DNA of 63,850 bases, counting the filler, from Olpidium bornovanus S191 (lineage: Eukaryota; Fungi; Olpidiomycota): NCBI GenBank assembly GCA_017911155.1. It is 30 parts of 30 records of this genome, joined end to end, with 100 filler letters (N's around TTAATTAATTAA, not from the genome) between each part and the next. Parts side by side here need not be neighbours in the genome. Positions count along the whole stretch, not along the records: positions 23,882 to 26,163 come from JAEFCI010005998.1; positions 26,264 to 27,798 come from JAEFCI010013168.1; positions 27,899 to 28,962 come from JAEFCI010002605.1; positions 29,063 to 30,077 come from JAEFCI010007684.1; positions 30,178 to 31,979 come from JAEFCI010010596.1; positions 32,080 to 34,867 come from JAEFCI010012099.1; positions 34,968 to 37,971 come from JAEFCI010004154.1; 23 more parts are not named here. One strand, written 5' to 3'. The notes beneath the pieces are model-generated. The model was not told the origin of the DNA and ran no database searches. It worked only from the letters and a program-made list of their open reading frames with translations. Position numbers and translations under genes: made by a program. This document shows positions 23,882-36,250 of the stretch, one piece after another (the stretch's first letter is position 1; each line of letters starts with the position of its first letter).

Positions 23882-24743
23882 CTCGGCCTCGTGAGCGAGG
23901 AGGCCACCGGAGTCATCAAGGAGGGCGAAGAGTCCAAAAGCAAGACGTACCGGTCTCTGGTCTGGGTCGCGTCGCCGATTACACCGGATCTGCTCGGCAT
24001 GCTAGAACTTTTCAAGGACGGGTTCACCATTTCCCAGAAAACTCCCCTGCGTGTTCTGCATCGGTGAGACGTCGTTCCCGCCCTTTGCTTCCCTAATCTC
24101 ATCCCCGCGCGCGGCCTCGTCGCGCTGGCGCTGACGCAGCCACCCCCCCCCCCCCCTCCCCCGCCCCCGCCCCCCCCCCCGGCCCCCCCCCCCCCCCCCC
24201 CCCCCCCCCTTCCCGGACGCCGTGTCGTCGCCTAGTCGCACCCAAGCGACTCGTCTCAAGCGGATCCACAAGCTGTCGGTCGAGCAGATCGACGCCCACT
24301 TTCTCGTCCTGCACCTGACGACGGAAGCCGGAACGTGGGTTCTATCCCGGAATCATCGCCGTTCCGCCCCACGCGAAAACCGCGCGAATCGTGCCCAAAC
24401 TGAAACCCGACCGACGCGTCCGCCGTAAACCCCGTTTCCCCCCCCCTTCGCTTCCAGGTACATCAAAGAATTTGTCCACGGGGACTTGGGCCGGACGACG
24501 CCGAGTTTCGGGGACTTGATATCGAGCGCCGCGGACATCTTCGAATTGGACGTGGAGGAGGTACGTCGCCGCCGGGATTGGCCCCATTGCGCGGACAAAA
24601 GCGCACTTCGGCGTCCGCGATTTCGGCTGTTTCTGATTTTTGTATGTTCGTGCGGCTCGTCCTCCACCCACCCTTCCCCCCCCCCTCCCCTCCCCTTCGC
24701 CGCGCAGGTTGATCTAGAGTGGAAACCCGGTGCGTTATCATAG
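23882..24743 (+). CDS. PUS10: tRNA pseudouridine synthase Pus10, 3' exons
   Basis: Exons 23882-24063, 24236-24334, 24458-24560 and 24708-24743 splice in phase to ...SKTYRSLVW...QKTPLRVLHRRTQATRLKRIH...LHLTTEAGTYIKEFVHGDLGRTTPS...DIFELDVEEVDLEW, the Pus10 C-terminal signature. Confidence 0.93.
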
Positions 24744-25806
24744 AATGGGAAAGCCCCCCCCCCCCCCCAGGATATTGCCGTCTAGAAAAAGGAAGAAAGA
24801 CTTAGACGGCCGCGCTCACGGCCGGGAGTGACAATCCCGAGGTGGTGTGCCACTGTACCGTTGATCCTATGTACCAGACGTGGTGGGTGTGAGTCTTCGC
24901 GGCTCTTCGACAGATCGGAAAGGTAGGCTCCGCTGCAGGGAAACCGTTCCCGTTGTTAAAAAAACGGTAGTGAACTCCGGAAGGTCGGCTCTTCTTCCCC
25001 CCCGTTAAAAAAGTGGGGGGGTTCAGACTTATTCCAACCAAAGTTGGCCTGCCGCTTCCAGGCAGACAATGCTACACGACCTTCACGAAAAAATCGGGCG
25101 TTGGCGGCGAACGCACTTTCGCTTTTGCAGCAGACAAAGAAAAAAAACGAAATAATATAAAAAAGAAAAAGAGGCGCAGGGAAAGTCAGGGACGCCGCTC
25201 CCCCCGATTGCCGACTGGCCTCGCCTTTCCCCTCCCCCCCACGTGGTCCTCAGAAAGCGAGGTGCCCGTCGCCTGCGAGAGGGGGGGGAGGGGGGGGGGG
25301 CGGTCCGGCTCCCGCAGCAAACAAGGTCGTTCCCGAGCCCACGGACGGGAGATCCGATATCGACCGCGCGCCGCCGCGCTGCACCCGGCCGACAGGCACA
25401 GCAGTCCGCCACAAACAAAAGAGGGAGGGGGAGAGGGGGGGGGGGGGGGGGGAACTGCCCTCCACTCTGCGGATCTTCGCGACAAATCGTGCCGGCCGCC
25501 GTCGGCTGACCAGAATCCGCGGCGAAGGCGCCGACGGCCGCCGAGGACCGCGGAAATTTCGGCCCCGCACGTCGGGTTCGCGCGCGCCGGGTCGTCCTCT
25601 TATTTTTGATCCGTCTGAACCCGGCGAGATCTTACGGCGCAGGGCCTCGCAATCGCGGGCTTTGGACGGCGGGGGGGATGGGTAGGGAGCATCGTCGGCC
25701 ATTACGGGTGCGCGTGTGCGGAACCGGGGGGGTGGGCATAAATATTGCATGATTAATGGAGGCGGCGCTTATGGCGGGTGCAGGTCTTTTTTTTCGACTC
25801 CGACCG

Positions 25807-25854
<48 letters not shown>

Positions 25855-26113
25855 GGGGGGGGGGGGGGGAAGGGGTTTGGTGTGAGAAAGAGGGGGGGAA
25901 GGGGCGCGGGTGAGGTGATGGTGAATAACCCCGTCCGACGGCCGCGAGTGCGAAAAAAAAAAGTAATGATGGAAGTGCGAAAAAAAAAGTAATGATGGAA
26001 TTTTCATCGCGCTTCCTTCCCCCACGCCCCTTTCCCGCTCGCCTCTCGCCTCTTCGTCGTCGTCGTCGTCGCCGCCTCGTCACTTCCGTCGTCGCTTTCG
26101 CCCTCTTTCCCCT

Positions 26114-26149
<36 letters not shown>

Positions 26150-26378
26150 CCGCGCCCCCCCCCNNNNNNNNNNNNNNNNNNNNNNNNNNNNNNNNNNNNN
26201 NNNNNNNTTAATTAATTAANNNNNNNNNNNNNNNNNNNNNNNNNNNNNNNNNNNNNNNNNNNNAAAAAAAAAAAAAGCCCCCCAAAAAAAACCCGCTCCC
26301 CTTCTGGGGCCCGCTCCCCCCCCCTTCCCCCCCCCCCCCCCCCCCTCCCCTCCCATATTCTCCCTTCGACTCCCAAAC

Positions 26379-26657
26379 CTCAGGTCACTGCAGATCAAAT
26401 GTCGTCTCGTGTGCATCTCGGCGGCAAGCTCGGACTGGTGGTCGTCCAGAACCTGCCGGTTGACGACCACAATAAGCGGCTTGGAAAGCCGGAGAGCCTC
26501 TATGATCGATCCCGAACCTTTTTATTTGTGTGTAAGCGTTTTGTTTTTTCAGGAACCGTCAGGCGGCATTACGGTGCTTTTTTTGTTGTTTTCCCCGCTG
26601 CTGGAGGTCGGCGAGAAGCCTCCCCCAACTCCTTCCTCCTCTCCCTTTTCCCGCGAG

Positions 26658-26702
<45 letters not shown>

Positions 26703-26759
26703 CTTCCCCGCGGGGCTCCCCCCGGGGTCCCCCCGCGCCCCTCCCCCCTTTGCCCCGGG

Positions 26760-26796
<37 letters not shown>

Positions 26797-27170
26797 CCTT
26801 GTTTACTGACCAGCGTGGCTGACCACGAGGTCTGCCGAGGCCATGTCCTCCCGCAGGGACGGCTTGTAGTCGTACCCGTCCACGGACAGCGGCGGGGCGC
26901 CGCTCGGAACGGCAGGGAGGCCCGCCGCTTCGCGGAGGGCGGCGTACCCGGCCCGGCTCGCGCCGTGCTGCACGAGCAGCCTCCGGAACCCCCGCGCCGC
27001 CAGCGCCCGGAGCACGCCGGCGCCCGCCAGCGCCTCCAGCAGCGCGTCAAAGCGCGTCGACCCCACGGTCACGAAAACGGTCTTCGGCGGCGGCGGGAGC
27101 CCGCTCTCGATCGCCCGCGCCGCGGCGGCGGCGGCCGCCGGCCCCGCGCCCGCGCTCGCCTGTTCCAGTC
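26379..27170 (-). CDS. ALG13: UDP-GlcNAc transferase catalytic subunit Alg13 (partial)
   Basis: KTVFVTVGSTRFDAL...LLVQHG...YDYKPSLREDMASADLVVSHAG|SGSIIEALRLSKPLIVVVNRQVLDDHQSELA. Exons about 27170-26811 and 26517-26379; start and last exon not resolved. Confidence 0.92.
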
Positions 27171-27974
27171 GCAACTCAGGTGTCGCTCGCGCGCCGCCTC
27201 CTGGTTTTTTTTTGGTTTTTTTTTTTTTTTTTTTTTGTCGGTCGCGCCGGGGGAGACGTGACGGAATTTGACGCGACGCCCGTCCCTTCCCGCCCCCCGC
27301 GGCCCTTTCCCCCCCTCCTTTTCTTCCCCCGCGGGCGGGCGTCGTCGTTTGCATCTGATCCCTTAACACCCGAAAGTCACTTCCCCCTCCTGGCCTTCCA
27401 CACCCCCCACCCCCAAGAGGAAACAACGGGGAAAACTCGGCGGCGATTCGTTATGATAACAGCGCGCGGCCAAAGTTTCTTGTTCGGTATTCTCGGAGCA
27501 GGAAGTACATGGAGGTGAGGAAGGGGGGAGAGGTGGTGGTGTTCGCATTGCGTGGGAAATGAACGATGCAGTGCGAAAAGAAAAAAAAAAAAAGGGGGAG
27601 GGGGGGGGGGATAGAGGAAAAAAGGAAGGGGGTTTTTTTATTTCTTTTTTTGTTCTTTTTCTTTTTTTTTTTTCCTTTCATGCGTGATCCAACCGAAAAG
27701 GTCGCCTCTCGGGGAGGGGCTTTTCACTCGAACGTGACCTTGTGGGCGCCTTTGGGGACGTCGACCGTTACCCCCGGAGGGAGCTCGAGGATGCCGGANN
27801 NNNNNNNNNNNNNNNNNNNNNNNNNNNNNNNNNNNNNNNNNNTTAATTAATTAANNNNNNNNNNNNNNNNNNNNNNNNNNNNNNNNNNNNNNNNNNNNAT
27901 CAGAGTCGGACACAAAGTAACCACCTTTGTCAGAAGACACTGCGAAGGCCGGCGCCCACGCCCCCGACGCTCAC

Positions 27975-28815
27975 CATTCGAATTTGACGGCGCATACGGG
28001 CAACCCGCACCCCAACATGTCAACCACCTTCATTGGAAGGTCAAGCCCGGACGAGGACCTGTGCAGGGATACGCCGAGGTCGGCAGAACCTGTCCTTTCG
28101 AGAACCATCAGGAGTCGCGTTCACCGGCCACCGAGAAAAATAGTTTCGCAAAGAGACAAGCGTCAAGCTTCGCGTACCTAGCAGCTTCGGATAATCCGCG
28201 ATGGCCAGCCAGGCCGTCAAAATGCGAACGTGTACCAGCCGCATCTGTCGGATGAGGCCATCGTAATGTTCTTTCAAGGGCCCCTTTCCGGTGATGACAA
28301 TTAACAGCGGAGGCAAAAGCGGCGCGCCAGCGCAGGGTTGGCCTCTGGCCTGGATGTCGTACTTGCGCGCAGCGTCAAGCAGGAGCGAGAAATCTTCGTC
28401 CTCGGTCCAGCTCGTGCTGCTGACGACGAGCGCGGGACGCGCATCGGAAAACGAGGCCGAACCGCCTGGTGTTGGTGCGCTGGTCAAAATGGTGCTCTCC
28501 TTAGTCGGCTTGCGGATGCCAATCCACTCGGTCTGATCCCCTGAAAGCAACGTCTCTAGACGGAGACGGTGATGTAGCTGCCATTTTGTGGAAAGGATGG
28601 TTTTCAACTTTCACGGTGCCGAAGATAAATCCGCGCGGTGGACGGCGACGAGCATTCTGCCTAGCCCACCTCGTGCACTTCTTCCACCGTCAACCGCTTA
28701 AAACTGGCGGGCGGACGGTCGTACAGCGTCGATACCGAGCCGCTAGGTGGAAACAAGGAGAGATCGGCCACCGCGTGAGCAGTCCCCCCACCGGCCCCGC
28801 CCGCTTTGATCATGC
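27975..28815 (-). CDS. ALG1: Chitobiosyldiphosphodolichol beta-1,4-mannosyltransferase Alg1 (internal/3' exons)
   Basis: [10 protein letters not shown]; [18 protein letters not shown]; [11 protein letters not shown]; [12 protein letters not shown]|[33 protein letters not shown]. Exons 28815-28670, 28607-28178 and 28089-27975. Confidence 0.95.
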
Positions 28816-29064
28816 CTAAAACGCGGTGTCTCCCTACCGCACATGCCATTGGTCGCGAATTGTCGCGGCCATTGCTTTCGTGACGCAAAGGTGCGCGTGT
28901 GCGTCGCGTCCAAACCGGCCTTCAAACCTTGCGGGAACGCATTAATGTCTGCGTATGATTCGNNNNNNNNNNNNNNNNNNNNNNNNNNNNNNNNNNNNNN
29001 NNNNNNTTAATTAATTAANNNNNNNNNNNNNNNNNNNNNNNNNNNNNNNNNNNNNNNNNNNNAG

Positions 29065-29925
29065 TACGATCTTTCGGTCAGCACGTACTCGCCAGATGGT
29101 CGCATTTTTCAGGTCGAGTACGCCCAGAAGGCTGCGGATATAAGCGGGTACGGGAAAAATCCGCAGTGCGGAGGGGGGGGGGGAGGGGGAGGAAAGGGTT
29201 TTTTTTTGTTTTTGGGAGGCGAACCTCAGGGACTGCAAAGACTTAACCGCGACGTTGACCTTCTTCGTGTTTGCAGGACCGCTATCGGTTTGAGAGTGAA
29301 AGACGGTGTTGTCCTTGCCGTGGAGAAAATTATTCAATCCAAACTCCTCGTGCCTGGGTCCAACCGCCGAATACAGTCCGTGGATTTGCACGCCGGCATC
29401 GTACGTCCGCAGACTCGCCGCCCGGGGAAGAGAAACTCCCTTTTTCCGGGTGGTTGGTGGGGAGTAAGGGATGGGGGAAGCGGAAGGGGGAGAGGCGAAG
29501 GAGAGAGATCGCCAAGGGGGGAGAGAGCGGGCAAGTGGGAAGAAGACGCGCTCCTTAACAACAAAAGGCCTTTCCTGACAGGCGACCGCGGGGCTTCTTG
29601 CTGACGGCCGCCATGTCATCAACCGGGCGCGGGAAGAAGCGGCTGCTTACAAGGACACGTACCGCGTCCCGATTCCTGGAAAGGTGTTTATTTCCGTTGG
29701 GGATTATCTGGCCCGTACGGGTCGCTGTGCCGGGAGCAACCTTGAATGCTGACGGTGCCAAGTTATTTTTCGTCTCCGCAGATACTTGCTGATCGCGTGG
29801 GGCAGTATGTCGCTGCGTACACGCTCTACTCTTCTGTGCGCCCTTTCGGCATTTCCGCGATCATCGGCGTGGTCGACCGGAACGGTCCGGGCTTGTTTAT
29901 GGTCGAGCCCAGCGGAATTTATTGG
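29065..29925 (+). CDS. PRE10: 20S proteasome subunit alpha-7 (PSMA3/Pre10), partial
   Basis: Exons 29065-29147, 29277-29400, 29582-29683 and 29782-29925: [23 protein letters not shown]...[17 protein letters not shown]...GSNRRI...[18 protein letters not shown]...[22 protein letters not shown]...MVEPSG. Confidence 0.95.
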
Positions 29926-30178
29926 GTATGAACGTGTGCTCTCCGCAACCTCCCGCCATGATGCTGTGGGTGCCGCATCATCCTGTTGAGGAAGAAAGCG
30001 GAATTCGCCTTGCCCTGATCGTGTATGGACGGGGTAGGGATACCACGGCTGTGCCGTCGGGAAGGGGAAGCAGGTGGNNNNNNNNNNNNNNNNNNNNNNN
30101 NNNNNNNNNNNNNNNNNNNNNTTAATTAATTAANNNNNNNNNNNNNNNNNNNNNNNNNNNNNNNNNNNNNNNNNNNNC

Positions 30179-30577
30179 ATGCCGATGCTCCAGGATATCA
30201 AGGCGCTCGTTTTCGTGCTGGGTGAGAGAGTAGACGGCTGTCTCCTCCCAAGCCGGTGGGAGCCCAGACAAGGGGCATATCGGACGTGCCCGTCCATTGA
30301 TAAACCGCAACTCTTCCGCGCGCCGGCAGCTTCGCCCCGCCACACGCACTGCATCAAAGCCAGGGCCCTGCGGCAACTGCACGACTTGATGGCCGGGCCG
30401 GTCGAAGGAGACGGGGAGGCTGAGGAGTCGATCCGGAAACGGCACGCGGAAGACTTCCGAAGTTGCGGCGGTCCGGAATTGATGGTCCTCTTAGCCGAGC
30501 GCCATCGCGCCTTTCGCGAGATCATCATGCGAATCCTACTCGCCGCGATGGATAGCGAGCGATGCGCTTCGGGGTGA
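30179..30577 (+). CDS. Possible 3' exon of an unknown gene
   Basis: 132-codon frame from the contig start with protein-like composition (DIKALVFVLGERVDG...LLAERHRAFREIIMRILLAAMD), convergent on CARM1. No recognised motif. Confidence 0.25.
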   Translation: MPMLQDIKALVFVLGERVDGCLLPSRWEPRQGAYRTCPSIDKPQLFRAPAASPRHTHCIKARALRQLHDLMAGPVEGDGEAEESIRKRHAEDFRSCGGPELMVLLAERHRAFREIIMRILLAAMDSERCASG

Positions 30578-30826
30578 CCGGTTGAGGCCGGCTGCGCAAA
30601 CAAAAACGAAGTTTACTAGGAACCACTGTAACGTTCTCGCGACGTTCGTGTCGCTGTGTCAAGCTGCACACTGCTGTCGCATGTGCACAATAAAGTAAAC
30701 GCGGGGTTAAAACAGATCCCAGGTGTTTGTCATCCGGACCAACCTCACAAGGCAGGATACGCTCATTCGGCCAACAGAAAGGAGCCAAGCGGCGCAAAAA
30801 GGACGTCCGCATCAAAAACGACAAAT

Positions 30827-31941
30827 CTACGTGTATGAAATTTGAGACGCAGCGTTTTCCCGCTCCGGAACGTCCATGAAGTCGACGATTAGAGGCTCTG
30901 GGTGCGAAAGGGACACCTGCTGCACGTCCTGCGCACCGCCGCTGCTGTCGGCTGGCGGATACACGCAGTGGTGTTCGGGCCGGTACTCCTCGTCCGTTAC
31001 GAATGGTACTGTGGCGTAGTTGTAAGTTTGGTCCTGGAGCTCCCAGGTGTGCCCCCTTCGCTCCGCCGCGACTCCGCCGCACACTAGTTCGATCCCGGCG
31101 GAGATCGTGTACGACCTCTGGTCGTTCGCGCGGAAACGAACTGTGCCGCGCACGTGTTGGCCGGCGTTCACGGCCAATGGTTCGGGCAGCAACAGGCGCA
31201 CCTGCTGCCAGTGCGTGCGCTCTTGTGAGGGGCTCGTGGAGAGCGTGATCCGCGGGAACAGCACAGGGTCGGCCTCCATACAGGGGGTCGGCTCGAAGAG
31301 CACATCGAACCAACCGGCAATCCCATGCACAATGCCAGTGTAGTTCACCGTCCACGAGACCGGGACATCGAATGATCGCAGCTCGTCCGTCGTCACGGTT
31401 GTAAAGTCGATGTGGTAGCCGTGGTGGGATGAAGGTTCAGGCACCATCAGGCATCGGGGATCGAAGTTCCCGATTACAGGCATGCCTTGAGCAATAGAGC
31501 AAAAATCAGTGAGAAAACAGTCCCCCGAAAGCAGGGGGGGTGGGAGAAGGATTGCGCGAACGTTTCACCACTCACTAAATATCTCCCTGCGCGCCTCTCT
31601 CGCGAGTGGTGATAGGTCGACGCCATAGAAGCATTCCTGCTCCCAGAATCGAACCTTCGCCATCGTTTCCGACCACAGCCCCGCGTCCGTGAACGGCGCC
31701 AGATACACTGTGCCACCTGACGGGAACATGGCTCCGCCGGGCCGAAGGTACCGGTCTCTCGCAAAGATATAGCTCTCAAGCTGGCAACGGGTGAGACAGT
31801 CACTAATCAAACCAATCTCGCATAACAGCCGCCATGAAAACGCCAAGCCTACCATCCGTTCATGCACCAGCAGCACGCCTACTGGCTCTGAAATGATGGT
31901 ATCCACTTGCGGTATCGGCAAACCCGGGGTCTCAATCTTTC
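30827..31941 (-). CDS. CARM1: Protein arginine methyltransferase of the CARM1/PRMT4 type, 3' part
   Basis: Exons 31941-31853, 31780-31576 and 31485-30827: QVDTIISEPVGVLLVHERM|LESYIFARDRYLRPGGAMFPSGGTVYLAPFTD...FW...FYGVDLS...|MPVIGNFDPRCLM...HGIAGWFDV...LSTSPSQERTHWQQVRLL...ANDQRSY. The double-E loop, THW loop and the 'APFTD', 'PVVxxFD' and 'ANxxxSY' features are those of CARM1 rather than PRMT1/3. Confidence 0.88.
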
Positions 31942-32685
31942 CTGCGATGTAAGGCCGGAAGCGAAAATGGAAGTGTGGANNNNNNNNNNNNNNNNNNNNN
32001 NNNNNNNNNNNNNNNNNNNNNNNTTAATTAATTAANNNNNNNNNNNNNNNNNNNNNNNNNNNNNNNNNNNNNNNNNNNNCCTTTGTCCCCCGGAACGCCT
32101 CGGAACGCCTCGGAAGGTGGACCGTGCTGCTTATCAGTTCCCCATTCGAGGCGGTCTCCACAGGCCGCCAACTCGCTGGTCAGAACCCCTGTAAGTCCCC
32201 TGGAGCACGGTGTGGCCGCTCAGTCCGAAAGTCAACGACAGCAGGTGACGCCCGCTTGCCGACGAATTCCCAGAGGCTGAAGCGGAAGACCCGTTGCGAG
32301 CCTGCCGGGCATGCTTCTGGTTTGAAACTATTCACCGCTGCGGCAAATGGCTCCGCTTGCTGATTGTTTACCCCATCACTATTGTAGCTGTCACCATACT
32401 GAACGTAAGGGCGGCTGAACATGAGGAATAGCACGCACCTGTGCCATCCACGACACAAAATTCACGATTGGTAACTGCGTTGTACTTGCCCTCTTGGCTG
32501 CGATCCAGCAGCCGTCTATTCTGAGCATATAAAACCGGGAGGCCTGTAAATGTAGCAAGTTCCTGCTGCAGCCCGCTTCTCCCGCCCGACCAGTCCTGCG
32601 CTTCGAACGTGTCGCCTCACAACCGGCATTACGCGACGGGCTCCAAACGCGCGGCACGGCCAAGTTGCTTTTGGGTACAACATCT

Positions 32686-33795
32686 TTATACTATCGTTTT
32701 TGTCCTCCAATCCATCATAGCCTCAATGTCCTCGTCTGAATCTGATTCCGACGACTCGTCGTCGCGGCCGAATTCTGCAGTTTCAATTTCGTCCGCTGTC
32801 ACGCTCCCGACGGGGTGCGCGTCGTAAGACATTGGCGCGGCGCTCCGGCCCTCGAACACCAGGTTCTTTAGCCGCCTCAGTCTCGCCAGCCTTTCTTTGT
32901 AATCCTCTTCCTCCAGTTGTTCGTCCTCCATTCTCTCTCGTGCAGCGGCCTCCACCTCCGCCCGTGCCATGAGCTCGTTCTCCTGGGCGGCGTGGGCAAT
33001 GGACTTTTGGAACGCGGCCCACTCACTTTCCATCCTCGCCTCGGCTTCAGCGGCGCGCTGGTCGGGAGAAACCAAGCCCACCGGAGCGGCTTCGGGATCG
33101 TCGAAGAAATCGGAGGGGAGTACGGAGCCTCCGGTTTTGTCGGACGCGGCAGGGGCCGCAGATTCGGGCGGCGGGACGGCCGGAGCCGGGTCCTTCTCCT
33201 CCTCCTCCTCTGCAGGTGGTTCGTCGAGAGGAGCGGCGGGCCCCTGGTTGTCGAAGAAGTCTACGGGGACCCGCCGCGCCGCGCCTTCCGCCGCTCCTTC
33301 CGCCGCGTCCTCCGCAGGGTTATCCTCGGACAGGTCCATCGACGTGTGAGATTCGTTCAGCTCTTCCTCCGCGGCTTTGCTGCCGTGCGCATGCTCGGCG
33401 CCGGCTGGTTTTTTTCGCTTCCGCGGAGCGTTTTCTTCGTCGCCGGCATCCTGGACGCGCTTGCTTGCCGAGATGCCGGTCGAGTCCTTGGGCGGCGGGC
33501 CCGGCGAGGTGCGCCCGCGGGGCAAAGCGGCGGCCCGCTTCAGCCGCTCGACGTTTTCCTTGTGCTGCTTCCCGGCCAGGTGCGCTGCCCAGAGCGCCTC
33601 GGTCTTCACGGCAAGGCAGCACACGACGCACGAAAGCCGCCCTGCGCCGTCGTAGCGCGCAAGCGGCGAGTCTATCCGCTTCACCTTCGGAGCGGCGCCG
33701 CCGCCGCCTGTTCCGTCCGCAGAGATCGGAGTCCCGGCGGCGGCGGCCCTCTTCGACTTGGACTGGGCCAGCAGGCGGCGAACATCCTTGGACAT
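32686..33795 (-). CDS. ZNF830: ZNF830/CCDC16-like C2H2 zinc-finger spliceosome-associated protein (single exon, about 369 aa)
   Basis: MSKDVRRLL...KRIDSPLARYDGAGRLSCVVCCLAVKTEALWAAHLAGKQHKE; LPSDFFDDP; EWAAFQKSI; C-terminal acidic tract plus DWRTK. ATG at 33795. Confidence 0.88.
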   Translation of the reverse strand: MSKDVRRLLAQSKSKRAAAAGTPISADGTGGGGAAPKVKRIDSPLARYDGAGRLSCVVCCLAVKTEALWAAHLAGKQHKENVERLKRAAALPRGRTSPGPPPKDSTGISASKRVQDAGDEENAPRKRKKPAGAEHAHGSKAAEEELNESHTSMDLSEDNPAEDAAEGAAEGAARRVPVDFFDNQGPAAPLDEPPAEEEEEKDPAPAVPPPESAAPAASDKTGGSVLPSDFFDDPEAAPVGLVSPDQRAAEAEARMESEWAAFQKSIAHAAQENELMARAEVEAAARERMEDEQLEEEDYKERLARLRRLKNLVFEGRSAAPMSYDAHPVGSVTADEIETAEFGRDDESSESDSDEDIEAMMDWRTKTIV

Positions 33796-34967
33796 TCTGC
33801 GGCTTTCAAGTGGGGATGTTTTTGCCGGTACAAGGCCGCCCTTCCGGAAGCGGCGAGGAACGCGAACGAGCGGCGCACCGTTGCGCGGGTATGTTTTTCT
33901 CGTGATCAGCGATGGACCGGTCTGCAAGTTCGACGGAGCGAGCGAGAAGGTTTCGACCATGAGCACGCGTCCAGAGCACCCCGTCCCCTTGTTGCCGACC
34001 TGCGGAGAAGGCTTCTGCAACTTTTTCCGCTCCGCTCAGCGCGCGCGAGCACAGACTGCTTTTGCCTTCGAACCCCAGAGACAAAATGAAAGCCAGAAAA
34101 AAACCCCAGACCTGTCGCCGCCCGCCCCGTGAGATGAAACTTCCGCCTGAGCGCTGGACGCCTGTGGCACGGTAGAGCGACGCTGGAGTGGGTGCTGTTG
34201 TCCTGGGGGAGGGACTCCTAGAACGAAAGCCGGCTTCGTTCCTGTCCCGGTGTTTCCTTTTCTGACGCCGCGGAAGAGGCTTGCCCCAACGCCGCCTCCT
34301 CCTCCTTCATTCCCCTCCACCCCCCCTCCGGTGGCTGCGCTTCCGGCACACCCGCCGTTGGCGTCGGTTTTCCACGTCGTAGATGCCACACCCACCTCAC
34401 AGGATCCGACGTATGGTGCACTGCCCCGCGAGCGGCCACGTATCAGCAGGCGCGTTCTCTGCGGAATTGAACTTTCTTTTTTGCCATTAGTGGGTCCTTC
34501 TCATTTTCCGAAACCTCTTTCCTTTCCTCCCTTAGAGCGGTCCTTCACCCCGTGGTTGTCTGTAACGCTACCAGGTGAAACGCGCTTCTGAGACGAACAG
34601 CATCAACAACAGCGCTCGTTCGTCTCGCTGCCAGAAGTGTCGTGAGATAACGTGTGAAGGCGCACACAAACGACTTGAGACAATTGGGAAATACACAGTG
34701 CTCGGCTCGACGATCAAAAAAGATCAGATTAGAGGTTTTACTCAATCTGGCATTGCCCCGTGCCCGGGCGAAAGGCACGTGTACGTTCGAAGCCGAGGAT
34801 GGTGAGATGAATCAACGTGGGCTGGGGGAGGAGATGCTTTTCTCGTTTCGTAGAGTAAAAAAAAAAANNNNNNNNNNNNNNNNNNNNNNNNNNNNNNNNN
34901 NNNNNNNNNNNTTAATTAATTAANNNNNNNNNNNNNNNNNNNNNNNNNNNNNNNNNNNNNNNNNNNN

Positions 34968-35279
34968 CTGCCGACGCACGCCCGGGTTGAGGGCGAGGGG
35001 GAAGAGGAGACGGAGGAGGTGGACGAGGACCGAGAGCGCTACCGCTGGCTGGACGCCAACCCGCGTTCTCCGGCGCCGCCGCGGCATGTCGAGGAGGACC
35101 ACAGAGACGAAGAGGACGACTACGACGACGACGACGACGACGTCGAGGCGGCCCCCCGGGCCGGAACGAGAGAGGAGGACGACGACGAGGAAGAGGAACC
35201 GGCCGTAGGATCGCGAACCCGAAGGATCACGCACTACTTTGGAAGCGACGAGGAAGACGACGATGTCGCTGTCGAGTGA
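34968..35279 (+). CDS. Acidic C-terminal end of an unknown gene
   Basis: Open frame from the contig start with D/E-rich sequence (EEDDYDDDDDD...RITHYFGSDEEDDDVAVE*). Confidence 0.35.
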   Translation: MPTHARVEGEGEEETEEVDEDRERYRWLDANPRSPAPPRHVEEDHRDEEDDYDDDDDDVEAAPRAGTREEDDDEEEEPAVGSRTRRITHYFGSDEEDDDVAVE

Positions 35280-36250
35280 CCCCCCCCTCCCCCTCCCCCC
35301 CGGGCAGAAGCCTGACGAGGCGTGGAAGAAGGGAGGCCCCGCATCTTTGCTCTCTACGCCTGAGGCCGGCAAAGCCCGCCGCCGCGCCCGAAAATCTCGC
35401 GGGTGCGCCCGGGCGTCCGCTGGCGAGAGTGGTGCTTCCACGAGGTCGAGACGCGCACGGGATCTGCGCGTGCTCCGTCTTGTAGACCCCGACCGCGGTG
35501 TGGACGGGCGCAGTCGTGCGAATGCTTTTCACCATGTTACAATAGCGAGTCCGATGTTATCCCGCCCCGCGGGGTGTCCGCGTTGCCGGGCCGACGAAAT
35601 CCCGTGCACGCCGTGCGGGTCGATGGTTTCGCGCGTTAATGGACCCGGGCGAAGTGTTGCAGTGCAAGATGGTTTCGTCCGGTGCAGCAGATATCAGCCG
35701 GGGAAGTTGAAAATTGGAAGAAGAAAAAAAAAAACCACGGTCTGTTCCCGCTGCGAGGCTCAGCTCTTGCGCGCGCCCGCACAAAGAGCGGCTTTCGCGA
35801 CAAAAGCCGGCGTTCAAAAGCGGCAAAACCCCCAAAACTGCCGGCAGCCCCTCCAGCTCCCGCGTCCGCAGCTGACCGCAACACTCGAAGAAGGGGACCC
35901 ATGACGAATTTTCAGGGCGCGCGCGGTGCACCCAAACACTCGCCACGAGTGGCACCCGCTTCCCAAACGACCGTTGACATTCACGGGCCCGCGTGGTTCA
36001 CGGCTCCAGCTCTTTGATACGCTCAAAAACGGCAAACTGCGCTTCGGCGGAAGTGCGGCCCCCCCGGGGGGGGGGGGGTGGGGGGCCACCTGTTTCACAT
36101 GCTCGTCGTGCGCGTCTGAAAAGCATTCGCGCCGTCTCCTCCCACCAGGGCCGAACGACTGACGACGACGGAGACGCCCCTTCCCCGCGCGCCAGCTTCT
36201 TCCCCCCCGCCCGCGGCGCCCCCCCCCCCCCCCCCCTGCCCCAGGCCTTC

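Noticed and set aside
26264-28962. ALG13 and ALG1 (same lipid-linked oligosaccharide pathway) on adjacent contigs, looking like a cluster
   Set aside because: They are separated by an artificial spacer, and contig order appears arbitrary. No sequence evidence of linkage; only scaffolding could support it.
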